Assembly (NCBI GenBank): GCA_031551525.1
Contig: JAVBNN010000030.1
Location: forward strand, 4,107-68,106
Origin: Acidaminococcales bacterium
GTDB lineage: Bacteria > Bacillota > Negativicutes > Acidaminococcales > JAISLQ01
Direction of reading: 5' to 3'
DNA: 64,000 nucleotides
The notes beneath the pieces are model-generated. The model ran no database searches. It saw nothing but the letters and a program-made list of their open reading frames with translations, and was not told the origin of the DNA. Below are positions 8,488 through 19,358 of the stretch, in pieces. Position 1 is the first letter of the stretch; each line of letters begins with the position of its first letter. The position numbers were made by a program, and so were the translations under genes.

Positions 8488-9366
8488 TCAAGGATATGTA
8501 TTGGCGACCACATAGCCAAGGCCGCTCTTGTTGACCGTTCCGAGCGTGGGGAAAGTCATGTGCATACCGGTGATGAGATAGCCCTTATCGGCCGCCATAT
8601 CGAGCAACATGCGCCGACTGGCGACAGACTGTTCTTTATCGCGGTCATAAATGGGACAAACTTCAGGTTCGGCCAGCTGCAGCTTGGTTGCATGTAAAAA
8701 ATCTCCGGCCACCAGGACTTTATCATTCAACAAAAAGGCAGTATGTCCGGGGGTGTGGCCGAAGGCGGCGATAGACTTTACCCCGGCGATGATGTCTTTG
8801 CCCGACTCAAAAAGAACTACCCGGCCCCCATAGGCGGCGTAAACAGCTTCGCGTTGTGCGGGCTGGCTAGTCTGCCAGAAGGGATCTTCTTTGCTGGATA
8901 AAAAGATGGTGGCATTGGGGAAGGCGGCCTTCCCATCACTTAAGAGCCCACCGACATGGTCTCCGTGGGTGTGTGTCAGCAAAACAACATCTATATCTGT
9001 CGTCTTCAAACCGGTGGTTCCGAGGCGTTCAAACAGTTTTCCTCCGGGAGAGCCCTCTTTTGGCCCATAGCCTGTATCTATCAGGATATTAAATTTAGCT
9101 GTCTTAAAGACGCAGGCAGTGACAGTGCCGGTATAGGTACCGTCAGGATAATACTTTTTTAGCAGTTCCGGGTCAACATCTTTGAAAATAGACATATTGC
9201 GCGGCGCGATAGAGTCCGCCAGAATAAAAAACTTGGCGCCGCCTACATCGTGTTTTACGACAAAATCATATGGCATAGCCGATCCGGTCGCGGCAAAACC
9301 GCACGCACAAAGTGTCAATAAAGCAAAAAATAACTGTTTGAAGCATTTTGAATGGGTAGTTTTCAT
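8488..9366 (-). CDS. exported MBL-fold metallohydrolase (lactonase/organophosphate hydrolase-like)
   Basis: N-terminal signal peptide; LIDTG, THTHGDHVGG, GHTPGH, AGDFLH, GMH. Confidence 0.85.
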   Translation of the reverse strand: MKTTHSKCFKQLFFALLTLCACGFAATGSAMPYDFVVKHDVGGAKFFILADSIAPRNMSIFKDVDPELLKKYYPDGTYTGTVTACVFKTAKFNILIDTGYGPKEGSPGGKLFERLGTTGLKTTDIDVVLLTHTHGDHVGGLLSDGKAAFPNATIFLSSKEDPFWQTSQPAQREAVYAAYGGRVVLFESGKDIIAGVKSIAAFGHTPGHTAFLLNDKVLVAGDFLHATKLQLAEPEVCPIYDRDKEQSVASRRMLLDMAADKGYLITGMHMTFPTLGTVNKSGLGYVVANTYP

Positions 9367-9378
9367 ATTATGACCTCC

Positions 9379-10683
9379 TTATTCATCCGCATCCAGGGAA
9401 AGGATACGTTCAGATGCTGAAAAATCGAGCTCCTCTACTTTGTTTAGGCGCTGACAGATCAAATGCGAACGGCTTTTGGCAGCGGTAATGTTTTGCTGTG
9501 CGTCCTCCAGTTTTAGCAAGGATTTATCAATAAGCTGGTCGAAGGCAGCATACTGTTTTTTGATCGCGCCGAGGAGTTTCCAGACTTCGCCGGATTTCTT
9601 CTCGATGGCCAGTGTGGAGAAACCCATGCGCAGACTGTTGAGCAGTGCCGCCAGAGTAGTTGGTCCCGCTATCATGATATGGCATTCGCGCTGGCAATAT
9701 TCGGCCAAACCGTTTATGCGCAGTACTTCGGCATATAGTCCTTCGGTGGGAAGAAACATAACGGCAAAATCGGTAGTGGCAGGCGGGTTGATATATTTGT
9801 CCCGGATGGTCCGGGCATCCATCTTTACGCGATTTTCCAAAGCCCGCAGGGCCTCTGCCGTGGCAACAGGGTCGGCGGCTTCCGCCGCCTCGGACAGCCG
9901 CAAATAGTCTTCCTGGGAAAACTTGGCGTCGAGCGGCAACCAGATGTGTTCATTGTCATGTCCTGGCAGTTTGACGGCAAACTCGACCCGCTCTTTAGCG
10001 CCGCGCTTGACGGCGACATTTTGTTCATATTGTTCAGGCGCCAGTACCTGCTCAAGCAGTGCGCCCAGTTGGACTTCACCCCAGGCGCCGCGCGCCTTGA
10101 CGTTGGTCAGTACCCGGTTTAGGCTTTGCACACCGGAAGACAGGGACTGCATTTCTCCGAGGCTTTTGTACAGTTGTTGAAGTTGGTCGCCGACTGTTTT
10201 GAAAGACTCATCGAGGCGGCGGGTAAGCGTAGTGTTGAGTTTTTCATCTACGACCATGCGCATGGCGTCAAGTTTTTGTTCGTTGCTTTCTTGCATTTGC
10301 TTGAGACCCTGGGCCACGCTTTGAGTGATTTTTTCCTGCTGGATCGTGTTGCTCGACAAAAGATCGGCCATGTTTTTGGAAAGCTGCTCAAGCTGTTCTC
10401 TTTGCTCGCGGTTTTGTAAAGCGAGTTGCTGCAATAAAAAATCGTTCAGGCGCTGAAAATTGTTAGCCAGCTCTTCGCGTAAGAGATGGTTTTGCTCACT
10501 CAGTTCCTGCCGGACGGCCAGTTGCTCCTGCCGTTCTCTTTGCGTGGCATTTTCCAGCAGCGCGTACAGGGCAGCGAGTTGTTTTTCCAATTCTCGGTTG
10601 GCGTTTTTACGCGACAGCAGCACAAATACGATAAAACAGGCAATCAAAATATTGACTGCCAATAAAACAAACATTATATCCAT
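9379..10683 (-). CDS. rmuC: DNA recombination protein RmuC
   Basis: N-terminal TM and coiled coil; RGAWGEVQL, LPLDAKF, MFLPTEGLYAE, GPTTLAALLNSL; RBS GAGGA before ATG 10683. Confidence 0.93.
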   Translation of the reverse strand: MDIMFVLLAVNILIACFIVFVLLSRKNANRELEKQLAALYALLENATQRERQEQLAVRQELSEQNHLLREELANNFQRLNDFLLQQLALQNREQREQLEQLSKNMADLLSSNTIQQEKITQSVAQGLKQMQESNEQKLDAMRMVVDEKLNTTLTRRLDESFKTVGDQLQQLYKSLGEMQSLSSGVQSLNRVLTNVKARGAWGEVQLGALLEQVLAPEQYEQNVAVKRGAKERVEFAVKLPGHDNEHIWLPLDAKFSQEDYLRLSEAAEAADPVATAEALRALENRVKMDARTIRDKYINPPATTDFAVMFLPTEGLYAEVLRINGLAEYCQRECHIMIAGPTTLAALLNSLRMGFSTLAIEKKSGEVWKLLGAIKKQYAAFDQLIDKSLLKLEDAQQNITAAKSRSHLICQRLNKVEELDFSASERILSLDADE

Positions 10684-10720
10684 TACAATCCTCTTCAAAT
10701 ATAAAATCACATATAGATAA

Positions 10721-10745
10721 TTTCGCGGGAAAAAGTTTTCTTCCT
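10721..10745 (-). promoter_or_regulatory. sigmaH-like promoter of rmuC
   Basis: minus strand GCAGGA-N17-GAAA. Confidence 0.5.
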
Positions 10746-10757
10746 GCCGGTTGGGAA

Positions 10758-10783
10758 AAAATAAAGCGGCTGATTCAGCCGCT
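10758..10783 (-). terminator. terminator of the hybrid kinase gene
   Basis: AGCGGCTG/CAGCCGCT hairpin with a T-rich tail on the minus strand. Confidence 0.6.
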
Positions 10784-10789
10784 AAAAAA

Positions 10790-13700
10790 CTATTTGTCTT
10801 GGAGAAGCGTATTTAGTGTCTCGCTTACATAAGTGTAGTCAAAATCATCCATCGCCATGTGCATTTTATGGATGTGTGAACGGTATTCGGGGTCGTCCAG
10901 CAAATCTAGTTGTTTGATGATGTCTGCACATCCGTCATAATCAAAATTGCCGAGAGTTTCTTCTAAAGCGCATAAAAGTTGGACGGCGTTGCTGCTGGGA
11001 GATTTTTTAATAGATGCAGCCGGGGTTTGGGCTTGTTTTTCCGAGGACAAGGAATGCAAGTTTTGCTCTAAGGCACCCAGTTTATGCACAAGCCCCGGCA
11101 ATGATAAAGCAATACGTGTGCCATCATCGTTTTCGGCTGCATAAGCGACGCCGTTTGCTTCGACCGCCAAGGCGTCAGCGCCTATATTTTGAAGAAGACT
11201 GGCCAAACCCTGAGCGGCGCAGCAGGCGGCCATAAAATTATTATTTTTAACGGTTTCCTGCAATTGGGGCAGTTTTTCTTCGATGTATTTCCTGCCCATC
11301 TGCAAAAGGGCCAAATAGTCCTGCTCATTATTCCGGCAATTTTTTAGGCCATGAGCTACATCTATCTCTGGCAGCCTGTTTTGCAGTCTGTTTGCGGCGC
11401 TCTCCTTTGCCGCGGAAACTTTATGCTGAGGTAGCCATTTGCGCAAGATTTTTCCCAATTCCGACATTTCTATGGGTTTGTTGAGAAAGTCGTTAACGCC
11501 AGCTTCAAGAAGCGCGATGCGGGCTGTCTCGATGACGTTGGCAGATAAAGCGACGATGGCCTGTGTGGCAAATTTCCCGCCCATATTGCGGATAGCGCTG
11601 GTCGTCTCTTCGCCGTCCATTTCCGGCATCATATGATCCATGAAAATAAGATCGTAGTCATTTTTCTCTACATATTCAAGAGCTTCACGTCCAGACAGCG
11701 CTTCGTCGACACTTATGCCATACTGGCTTAAAAGGTTCGCGACTACTCGCAAGTTTATTTCATTGTCGTCAACGACAAGAATGTGTACGTCTTTTGTGGG
11801 GAAAATGCTATCTTTGAGCTGCTGGATGCCGCTTGAGGGTTGCTGGGTGAGCGTGTCGTTCAATATGCTCGACAATGTAGTGATAAGGAGCGGATGAAAA
11901 ATGATAGTCTCATTTTGCCCGGCATGATTTGGCAGTTTGGTATTGATGTCTGACAGTATTATGCGCTTGAAAGAGCCGGAGAGGTCAAAAAAGCCTGGCA
12001 ACAAAGCGGGTAAAGTCGTGGCATCGAGCAATACGTGGGTAAAGGGTTCTTTATATATCTTATCGAGGTACCGTGTGCTACTAAAATCTGTTTTTAAAAG
12101 AGCGCTCATTTTCGATAACTGGGCAAGTAGGAGGTCATCATTTGTTATGGCCAGCAGGCGGTTCTGGTTAGCGCAGGTTATCGGGGCGATAGGTGTGGGG
12201 TCGGCTATTTTTTGCGGCAGGTGTATGCTAAACGAAGTTCCTTTGCCATATTCACTCTTTACGTTTATATTGCCACCCATCAGTTCGACCAGCCTTTGGC
12301 AGATAGCCAGCCCCAGTCCGGTGCCTTCCAGATTGCGGTTTTTCTTGGTATCAAATTGCTGAAAAGCATTGAATAATCTGGGTATATCTTTCTCATGCAT
12401 GCCGGCACCGCTATCTTCTATGTGAAAAACCATTTGCGCGGTGGTGTCTGAAAATGTAGCGCCGATGGACAGGCTGACAAAACCTTTTTCCGTGAATTTA
12501 GTAGCGTTTGATAGCAAATTTAACAATACTTGCTTGATTTTTCCCTCGTCGCCGATAAGCTTGGCAGGGAGATCCGGCGCTATATCTACAACAAAAGGCA
12601 AGTGTTTTTTAGAAAGACGGGTATTGATGATATTGACTACATCGCTTATTAGCGGCATGAGTTCATAGGTGACTTCGACGAGCTCCATGCGGTTGGCTTC
12701 GATTTTGCTCATGTCGAGGATATCGTTGATGATGCTCAATAGTGATTGGGAAGCATTACGGATGTTAATGGCATGGAACATATCCTGGCTGCCGAGGTCT
12801 GACAATAACAGAAGGTTTGACATGCTGATGATAGCGTTCAGCGGAGTGCGTATTTCATGACTCATGTTAGCCAAAAACTCACTTTTTGCCTGGGATTTTT
12901 GTTCGGCGGCATCAAGCCGTTTGAGGTCAGTTATATCGGACATGAAGCCTTCTGTCACGCTTTTACTAGGATCGGCAGCATCCACGTCCACCACCCGGCT
13001 GCGTTCCCATATCCAGCGGACGCTGCCGTTTTTATGGATTATACGAAAATAAGCTTCGAGAGGTTGCCCTAACAGTAGCGTATTTTCATTGGCCGCGGTC
13101 AGTTGGGCCAGGTCATCCGGGTGCAAAATATCAAAAAAACATAAAGACTGGTCTTCGATAAAGGTTTCTGGCGGATAACCAGTCATCTCCAAACAGCCCT
13201 CGCTGACAAACTCCATGGTAAAGCGTGGTATATTGTTGCGGCAGCGAAAAGCCATGCCAGGCAAATTGGAAATGAGTGTAGACATACGGCGCTGCGCTTC
13301 TTTGCGCAGGCTGCCTTCATAGGCCATGGCGACCATGTCGGCGATAGCCGAGCCGAAAGACCGCTCGTCGACCGTCCAATATCGCGGTTTTCCTGCGTGT
13401 TCTATACATACCACGCCAAACAATCTGCCTTCCCACCGGACGGGGCAGTCGAGGAGTGAGCGGATACCGGGCAGGCTGTAGCTTTCAGCCATACCGGGCA
13501 GGATGTTGTCGGAAGACGTGTCTGCTATGCTGATGTTGCGTTCGCTGTGCAGCAGTTCTGCATAATGTGTATATACGCTTATGTCAAAAGGTTCGGCGAT
13601 AGAATGCGTACCATCTTCAAGGTTGTACATAGTAATATTGAGCAAAGAATTTTTTTCCCGGGAATAACGCCAGATGCCGACACGAAGAGCATTGAGGGTA

Positions 13701-13855
13701 AGAGCCGTTGTCTCGGCTATTACCTGTGTCGCAACGGCAAAACTTCCGGATGTCAAAGCCGGATTGGTATTAAGTGCTACCAGAGCATTGTTGAGTGAGC
13801 GCAAAGAGCTTGTTCCATTGTTATGCAGTTTAGATGTGGCGAGGGTATCCGACAT
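10790..13855 (-). CDS. cytoplasmic hybrid sensor histidine kinase (GAF-PAS-HisKA-HATPase-REC-HPt-like)
   Basis: LDCPV..GVVCIEH (GAF), HPDD (PAS), [32 protein letters not shown]...[10 protein letters not shown]; RBS GGAGG before ATG 13855. Confidence 0.93.
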   Translation of the reverse strand: MSDTLATSKLHNNGTSSLRSLNNALVALNTNPALTSGSFAVATQVIAETTALTLNALRVGIWRYSREKNSLLNITMYNLEDGTHSIAEPFDISVYTHYAELLHSERNISIADTSSDNILPGMAESYSLPGIRSLLDCPVRWEGRLFGVVCIEHAGKPRYWTVDERSFGSAIADMVAMAYEGSLRKEAQRRMSTLISNLPGMAFRCRNNIPRFTMEFVSEGCLEMTGYPPETFIEDQSLCFFDILHPDDLAQLTAANENTLLLGQPLEAYFRIIHKNGSVRWIWERSRVVDVDAADPSKSVTEGFMSDITDLKRLDAAEQKSQAKSEFLANMSHEIRTPLNAIISMSNLLLLSDLGSQDMFHAINIRNASQSLLSIINDILDMSKIEANRMELVEVTYELMPLISDVVNIINTRLSKKHLPFVVDIAPDLPAKLIGDEGKIKQVLLNLLSNATKFTEKGFVSLSIGATFSDTTAQMVFHIEDSGAGMHEKDIPRLFNAFQQFDTKKNRNLEGTGLGLAICQRLVELMGGNINVKSEYGKGTSFSIHLPQKIADPTPIAPITCANQNRLLAITNDDLLLAQLSKMSALLKTDFSSTRYLDKIYKEPFTHVLLDATTLPALLPGFFDLSGSFKRIILSDINTKLPNHAGQNETIIFHPLLITTLSSILNDTLTQQPSSGIQQLKDSIFPTKDVHILVVDDNEINLRVVANLLSQYGISVDEALSGREALEYVEKNDYDLIFMDHMMPEMDGEETTSAIRNMGGKFATQAIVALSANVIETARIALLEAGVNDFLNKPIEMSELGKILRKWLPQHKVSAAKESAANRLQNRLPEIDVAHGLKNCRNNEQDYLALLQMGRKYIEEKLPQLQETVKNNNFMAACCAAQGLASLLQNIGADALAVEANGVAYAAENDDGTRIALSLPGLVHKLGALEQNLHSLSSEKQAQTPAASIKKSPSSNAVQLLCALEETLGNFDYDGCADIIKQLDLLDDPEYRSHIHKMHMAMDDFDYTYVSETLNTLLQDK

Positions 13856-13943
13856 GTGTGCCTCCAAGCAGGGTCAAACTGTGTAAGGGTGTTATATGAT
13901 ACGTGGCATAAAAAAATAATAAAAATGCATAAGATTAATTAAC

Positions 13944-13969
13944 TTTCGACAAAGAGGCATAAAAATCCT
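13944..13969 (-). promoter_or_regulatory. sigmaH-like promoter of the kinase gene
   Basis: minus strand GAAGGA-N18-GAAA (GAAGGATTTTTATGCCTCTTTGTCGAAA). Confidence 0.5.
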
Positions 13970-14086
13970 TCTAAATAGCTTAAATAAAAACTTTTTCGAC
14001 AAATAAATTATACTTGCCAAAATGAAGAAAGATATGTAAATTATTATGTAAACTACAAAGGCATTTTTACAGAAAGAAGGTGCAAT

Positions 14087-14920
14087 ATGTTTAGAAACAA
14101 AAAAATCTTATCGGCCTGTCTGATTTGTGTTTTAACGGCCAGCTTGGCAGGTTGTGGCGGCTCACAGGAAAAACCGGTAACCAAAAGCGAAACAGCCGCT
14201 AAGAAAACAATAAAGGTTGGCGCTACTGCCGGGCCGCAAGCCCAGATACTGGAAGCCGCCAAAAAGGTGCTGGCTAAAGACGGCATTGATATGAAAATCG
14301 TTGAGTTTAACGATTTTTCCACGCCCAATGTCGCGTTGAACGAAGGTGACCTTGACGCGAACAGTTACCAGCACAAACCTTTTTTGGACGCGCAGATAAA
14401 AGACCGAAAATTTGATCTCGTTCCCATCGGCAAAACAGTCATTTTACCCATGGGTTTGTACTCGAAGAAAATAAAAAAACTTGATGAATTAAAAGAAGGC
14501 GCACTGGTAGCTATACCTAATGATCCTTCTAATGGCGGGCGGGCACTGTTGCTCATGCAAAAAATGGGGCTTTTGAAACTCGACCCGGCGACGGGGATAC
14601 TGCCAAGCAAGGCGGCGATCAGGGAAAACCCCAAAAAACTCAATATAAAAGAAGTAGATGCGGCGCAGGCGCCACGTGCGCTAGATGACGTCGACCTGGT
14701 GGCGGTCAATGCCAATTATGCCCTGGTGGCCAATCTGGTGCCGACCAAGGACGCTCTGGCGCTGGAAGATAAAGAATCGCCCTATGCCTGCATAATAGTA
14801 GTGCGTAGTAAAGATAAGGATCGCGAAGATGTAAAGAAACTGGTTAAAGCGTATCAATCGCCAGAAGTAGCCAAATTTATTGAGGATACCTTCAAGGGTT
14901 CTATCGTTAAGGCTTGGTAA
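14087..14920 (+). CDS. metQ: MetQ/NlpA family ABC substrate-binding lipoprotein
   Basis: lipobox LAGC; IKVGAT, PNVAL..GDLDANSYQHKPFL, AIPNDPSNGGRAL. Confidence 0.9.
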   Translation: MFRNKKILSACLICVLTASLAGCGGSQEKPVTKSETAAKKTIKVGATAGPQAQILEAAKKVLAKDGIDMKIVEFNDFSTPNVALNEGDLDANSYQHKPFLDAQIKDRKFDLVPIGKTVILPMGLYSKKIKKLDELKEGALVAIPNDPSNGGRALLLMQKMGLLKLDPATGILPSKAAIRENPKKLNIKEVDAAQAPRALDDVDLVAVNANYALVANLVPTKDALALEDKESPYACIIVVRSKDKDREDVKKLVKAYQSPEVAKFIEDTFKGSIVKAW

Positions 14921-14938
14921 ACAGAGGTGTTACATATG

Positions 14939-14965
14939 AACAGCCAACTTTGAGTTGGCTGTTTT
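14939..14965 (+). terminator. intrinsic terminator
   Basis: AACAGCCAACT-TTG-AGTTGGCTGTTTT. Confidence 0.85.
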
Positions 14966-15095
14966 GTCTTGTGCCAAAATTTATTATATGTTTTAAAAGA
15001 TATAAATAGCTGTTAGTTTTTTACAAAAAGAGTTACAATATAACAAAATATAAAAGTTTTTGTAGTGTTTTTTGCAAAAAACAAAGGAGAAGAAA

Positions 15096-15995
15096 ATGTT
15101 TTTTGATAGAGAACCGGGGCCGGTATTTCGGCCACCCAGTGAGGCAAACAGCTTTATACTGCGGGTAACGGTCGGCTGTTCTCACAATAAATGCACGTAT
15201 TGTAACATGTACCGCAGTGTGGATTTTCATATAAAAAAGCAGGAAGATGTGTTCCGGCAGATTGCCGATGCCAGGGCTACCGGCATACCGGTGCGCAGGG
15301 TTTTTCTAGCGGACGGGGATGCTCTTGTTTTGAGTACGCAGCGGTTGCTGATGATTTTAAAAGAGTTATATACAGCTTTTCCCAAGTTGCAACGTGTCTC
15401 AGCTTACGCCGGGCCCAAAGCTATTTTAGGGAAAACAGCGGAAGAGTTACAAAAATTGCGGGCCGCCGGGTTAAAATTATTGTATTACGGCTTGGAAACA
15501 GGTGATGATGATCTTCTGGCGGCGGTCTGCAAAGGTGTCACAGCCGGAGAAGCCATAAAAGCCGGGCAAATGGTAAAAGACGCCGGCATGAAACTGTCCA
15601 TGATGGTGATCGTCGGCCTGGCCGGCGTGTCAGGAAGCGAGGCTCATGCGCGCTATACGGCCAAAGCGGTGAACGCCATACAGCCGGATATGCTCAGTGC
15701 GCTGACCTTGATGCTATACCGCGGCAGTGAACTGCGGCAACAATATGAAAAAGGCGAGTTTTCTCCGTTGACGCCTCGCGGCATTATGAAAGAGTTGGCC
15801 GACTTTCTGGCGCAGATCGAACTGCCGCAAGAGGCGCACTGTATATTCCGCAGCAACCATATATCCAATTATCTCCCCCTGGCGGGCAATTTGCCCGCCG
15901 ACAAACAGCGCATGATAAAAGCGGTCGAGCAGGCTTTTCTGGTATTGCCTGATGAGGACGGCTTTGATCCATATAATAATGTTGAAACATTTTAA
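15096..15995 (+). CDS. radical SAM protein of unknown function
   Basis: RPPSEA..VTVGCSHNKCTYCNMY (CxxxCxxC), VFLADGDAL, FRSNHISNYL. Confidence 0.9.
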   Translation: MFFDREPGPVFRPPSEANSFILRVTVGCSHNKCTYCNMYRSVDFHIKKQEDVFRQIADARATGIPVRRVFLADGDALVLSTQRLLMILKELYTAFPKLQRVSAYAGPKAILGKTAEELQKLRAAGLKLLYYGLETGDDDLLAAVCKGVTAGEAIKAGQMVKDAGMKLSMMVIVGLAGVSGSEAHARYTAKAVNAIQPDMLSALTLMLYRGSELRQQYEKGEFSPLTPRGIMKELADFLAQIELPQEAHCIFRSNHISNYLPLAGNLPADKQRMIKAVEQAFLVLPDEDGFDPYNNVETF

Positions 15996-16017
15996 GGTGT
16001 TTTACCAGGAGGATATT

Positions 16018-16695
16018 ATGAAACGCTTGCTGATACATTGTTTTTTGGCAGTAGCATTGTCCGCGCCTTTGCCGGTCTGGGCGGCGGATGTTTTAAAGCC
16101 GGGCGATAAAAACTGGAAAGTAGCCGCGGTGCAGCAAAAACTGCCGCTTTTAGGCATTAAGGTGGATCGGGAGGACGGTCTTTTTACTAAAGAAACCGGC
16201 AGAGCGATAGAATCATTTCAAAAAACCTATAAGAAGCGCTATAAATTGAAAGTAAATGGTTTTTTGGATGACATTACTTACCAGGCCGTGCTGGAAAGCG
16301 CTTACGATAAGACTGCACCGCGGGTAGCCGCGGGTGATATCCTAAAAACCGCCGCACGGTATAAGGGTGTGCCGTATAGGTTCGGCGGCGCTGACACCAA
16401 GGGGTTTGATTGTTCCGGCTATATTTCTTATGTTTTTTATCAGCATAAGGTGGGTCTGTCTCGCACTGCGGATACGCAGTATAAAGAAGGTATTTTTGTT
16501 TTGAAAAAAAATCTGCGGCCTGGTGATTTGGTATTTTTCACGACATACGAAAAAGGCCCCTCCCATGTCGGCATATATGCTGGAGACGACAAGTTTTGGC
16601 ATGCTTCCAGCAGCCGGGGAGTAATGCTGAGCGGTTTGGGCGAAGATTATTGGCGGACGCGTTATGTGGGTGCGCGCCGGATCTTGGCAGGATAG
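16018..16695 (+). CDS. NlpC/P60 (C40) peptidase with peptidoglycan-binding domain
   Basis: signal peptide; DGLF...AIESFQ (PG_binding_1); FDCSG, HVGIY, FWHASS. Confidence 0.92.
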   Translation: MKRLLIHCFLAVALSAPLPVWAADVLKPGDKNWKVAAVQQKLPLLGIKVDREDGLFTKETGRAIESFQKTYKKRYKLKVNGFLDDITYQAVLESAYDKTAPRVAAGDILKTAARYKGVPYRFGGADTKGFDCSGYISYVFYQHKVGLSRTADTQYKEGIFVLKKNLRPGDLVFFTTYEKGPSHVGIYAGDDKFWHASSSRGVMLSGLGEDYWRTRYVGARRILAG

Positions 16696-16761
16696 ACGGC
16701 AAAAAGCAGTAAGTGTTTTGTGAAAATGGTAAATTTTGTTAATTTATTTTCAAAAATCGAT

Positions 16762-16786
16762 AGGAATTTAAAATTTCGCGACGAAT
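16762..16786 (+). promoter_or_regulatory. sigmaH-like promoter
   Basis: AGGA(16762)-N17-GAAT(16783). Confidence 0.55.
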
Positions 16787-16837
16787 TTATACAATTAATT
16801 ACAGATAGGGATAACTTAAAGTGCCAGGAGGAAAACA

Positions 16838-18718
16838 ATGATACGCGAGCGTCGTAATAAGGAAAAACTGACTTCGTATTACAACAAATTTATAACTGAA
16901 GGGGTGATAGACCCGAATGTGCACCCCTGGATAGCAGAATCCTGGCGCCGTTGCCGCACAAGAGGTTTGGGTAACGACAAGCTGTCCCGGCTTCCCCAGT
17001 TGACTACTGCGGAACTGGCCGAACGTAGGGAGAACAACCGCCAGGCGGTTAGCTTTATAGATGGCTTTTATGAAACCAGCAAGGAATATTTCAGTAGCTA
17101 TAACTTGAATTTCCTTTTGGTTGATGAAGAGTCTTATGTACTTAAAAGTTATGAACAACCTCATTGCAATGAATTATTTGCCAAACTGGAAGGACGCCGG
17201 GTATCTGAGCGTGATGTCGGCACATCCAGCATAAGTATTGCCAAAGAGCACAAGGTTCCTTTTTTGATGTTCGGGCCGGAGATGTGGCTGAAAGAAACAC
17301 ATTCGGGAGACGCGGCAGCGGCTCCGATTATTGTGGAAAACCGCCTGCGCTATATTGTTTGCCTGTACTCCATAAACAAGGAAGAACTGCCATATGAATT
17401 GATGGTATCGATTCTTTTAGGTATGCAGTATGCTTTGTCGAGTTATCTTGCGTTAGAAGAAAAGAATGAAGCTTTTCAGGTGCTTTTGGACGAGCTTCCT
17501 TTTTCTGTTTACTGTGTCCGCCCGGGCGGACGTGTGACATACAGCAACGTCGGCGGCCAAAAACGGCTGGAAGGCAATAAAAACCTTAGCGAAGTATTTC
17601 TCAACTATGAACACATACCTATAAATAAAGGATTTCAGGGAATGCCCTCACACAACAAGGAAGTGGTATGGATATCGCGCGACCGCACATACGAAGATAT
17701 CACAACTGTACTGCCGCTTAAAATAGCCGACGAGGTATCGAGTGTCATAACAGCCAGCTTTTCTGTGGAAGATTTGAAAACCATCATTGCTCATGCTACC
17801 GGTTATAGTTCGCGCTATAGTCTTTTGTCCATGGTCGGTGAAACGCCGGAGTTTATCGCTTTGCAAAATAAAGCCGCGCGGGTAGCCAAAGGTGACAGCA
17901 ACATTCTTTTGCAAGGCGAGCCGGGTACAGGCAAACAGCGCCTTGCGCACGGCATCCACCAGGCCAGCCCGCGTGCTGCCAACCCGCTTATCGTTGTAAA
18001 GTGCGGTAAAGTTGCCGAAAGTATATTGGATGCCGAGATTTTTGGTTATGGAGAAGAAAGTACGGGCTGGGTAGCAGGCAAGCTGGAACTCGCCAATAAT
18101 GGAACTTTGTTTATCGACGAAGTGGAAAAACTTCCGGTAGCTATCGGCGACAAACTGGCGAAGTTTTTACAGGGAAAGACATTGCTTTTGCATGGCGAAG
18201 AAAAAACATTGGATGTGCGCGTGATCGCCGCCTGTGACTCCAACTTGAAACGTCTGGCGGAAAAGGGTTTGTTTTCCAGGAAAATGTTTGAAATATTGTC
18301 CAAAGTGACTATTCGTGTGCCTTCGCTCAGAGAACGCTCGAGCGATATCGAAACACTGGCCGGGCACATTCTTTCGGAAATGGCCGGACAACATAACCTG
18401 CCTATAAAGCGTCTGTCGCCTGAAGCGCTGGACGTATTAAAAAAATGTAACTGGTCGGGCAATATAAAGCAACTGCAGGGTGTTTTGGAGATGGCGTTTT
18501 TCCATACACCCGGCACGGTGATAAATGCGGACAACATAAAACTGCCCGGTGATTCTACCATGGGCAAATCCTGGAAATACGACAAGGACGCTTTTGTCGA
18601 GGCCTGGAAGGCGGCGGGCGGCAATATTAGCCGCTTGGGGCTGATGCTTGATGTGAGCCGCGTGACGCTGTACCGTTATTTAAAAAAATACGGTCTGGGC
18701 AAGATAACGGATAAATAA
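16838..18718 (+). CDS. AcoR-like GAF/PAS-AAA+-Fis HTH transcriptional regulator lacking GAFTGA
   Basis: IAESWRRC, GTSSISIA, Walker A GEPGTGKQ, Walker B LFIDEVE, WSGNIKQL, VSRVTLYRYLKKY. Confidence 0.88.
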   Translation: MIRERRNKEKLTSYYNKFITEGVIDPNVHPWIAESWRRCRTRGLGNDKLSRLPQLTTAELAERRENNRQAVSFIDGFYETSKEYFSSYNLNFLLVDEESYVLKSYEQPHCNELFAKLEGRRVSERDVGTSSISIAKEHKVPFLMFGPEMWLKETHSGDAAAAPIIVENRLRYIVCLYSINKEELPYELMVSILLGMQYALSSYLALEEKNEAFQVLLDELPFSVYCVRPGGRVTYSNVGGQKRLEGNKNLSEVFLNYEHIPINKGFQGMPSHNKEVVWISRDRTYEDITTVLPLKIADEVSSVITASFSVEDLKTIIAHATGYSSRYSLLSMVGETPEFIALQNKAARVAKGDSNILLQGEPGTGKQRLAHGIHQASPRAANPLIVVKCGKVAESILDAEIFGYGEESTGWVAGKLELANNGTLFIDEVEKLPVAIGDKLAKFLQGKTLLLHGEEKTLDVRVIAACDSNLKRLAEKGLFSRKMFEILSKVTIRVPSLRERSSDIETLAGHILSEMAGQHNLPIKRLSPEALDVLKKCNWSGNIKQLQGVLEMAFFHTPGTVINADNIKLPGDSTMGKSWKYDKDAFVEAWKAAGGNISRLGLMLDVSRVTLYRYLKKYGLGKITDK

Positions 18719-18719
18719 T

Positions 18720-19358
18720 ATGCGTTTGAGAAAAAACCCCCTCCTGCAAACAGCGATAGAAGGATACCGCGATATCGTATTGACCGAACAGGGCGCCCGG
18801 GAAAAATTCAACGGGCGGGAAAAGATACGCTTGGAACTAGGCTGCGGCAAAGGCGGTTTTATTTGCGGCATGGCGTCTCTTTATCCTGCGGAATTGTTTG
18901 TCGGAGTAGAAAATCAGTTGGATGTGGCTTACTATGCGGCTGTAAAAGTGCGCGCCGCCGCATCGCCTAATGTTTATATAATAAATGCCGACGCGGGGCA
19001 ACTGGGTGAGTGGTTTCTTCCGGGGCAGGTAACGTCAATATATATCAATTTTTGTGATCCCTGGCCGAAAGACCGGCACGCCAAAAGGCGGCTGGTCGGG
19101 AGAAGGTTTTTGGAAAAATATCGCGAAATATTGGCATCTGGTGGCAGTTTACGCTTTAAAACGGACAATCAGGCGCTATTTTCTTTTGCCTTAGAAGAAT
19201 TAACCGGCTGTGGTTTTCAAATCAGGGAACAAATAGAAGACTTACATGCTTCTACTATCGAAAACCCGGTTTGGACAGAATATGAAAAAAAATTCCACAC
19301 TTTGGGTTTACCGGTGTTTTTTTGCGAAGCGGCGCCGGTTGACCGCGGGGAAACATAA
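18720..19358 (+). CDS. trmB: tRNA (guanine-N7)-methyltransferase
   Basis: MRLRK, LELGCGKG, NFCDPWPKDRHAKRRL, FKTDN, TEYEKKF. Confidence 0.95.
   Translation: MRLRKNPLLQTAIEGYRDIVLTEQGAREKFNGREKIRLELGCGKGGFICGMASLYPAELFVGVENQLDVAYYAAVKVRAAASPNVYIINADAGQLGEWFLPGQVTSIYINFCDPWPKDRHAKRRLVGRRFLEKYREILASGGSLRFKTDNQALFSFALEELTGCGFQIREQIEDLHASTIENPVWTEYEKKFHTLGLPVFFCEAAPVDRGET

Noticed and set aside
13904-13930. TGGCA as a sigma54 -24 element
   Set aside because: No TTGC at the required -12 spacing, and the orientation does not fit the kinase gene.
13990-14086. SAM riboswitch or T-box upstream of metQ
   Set aside because: Short AT-rich leader with no aptamer consensus.
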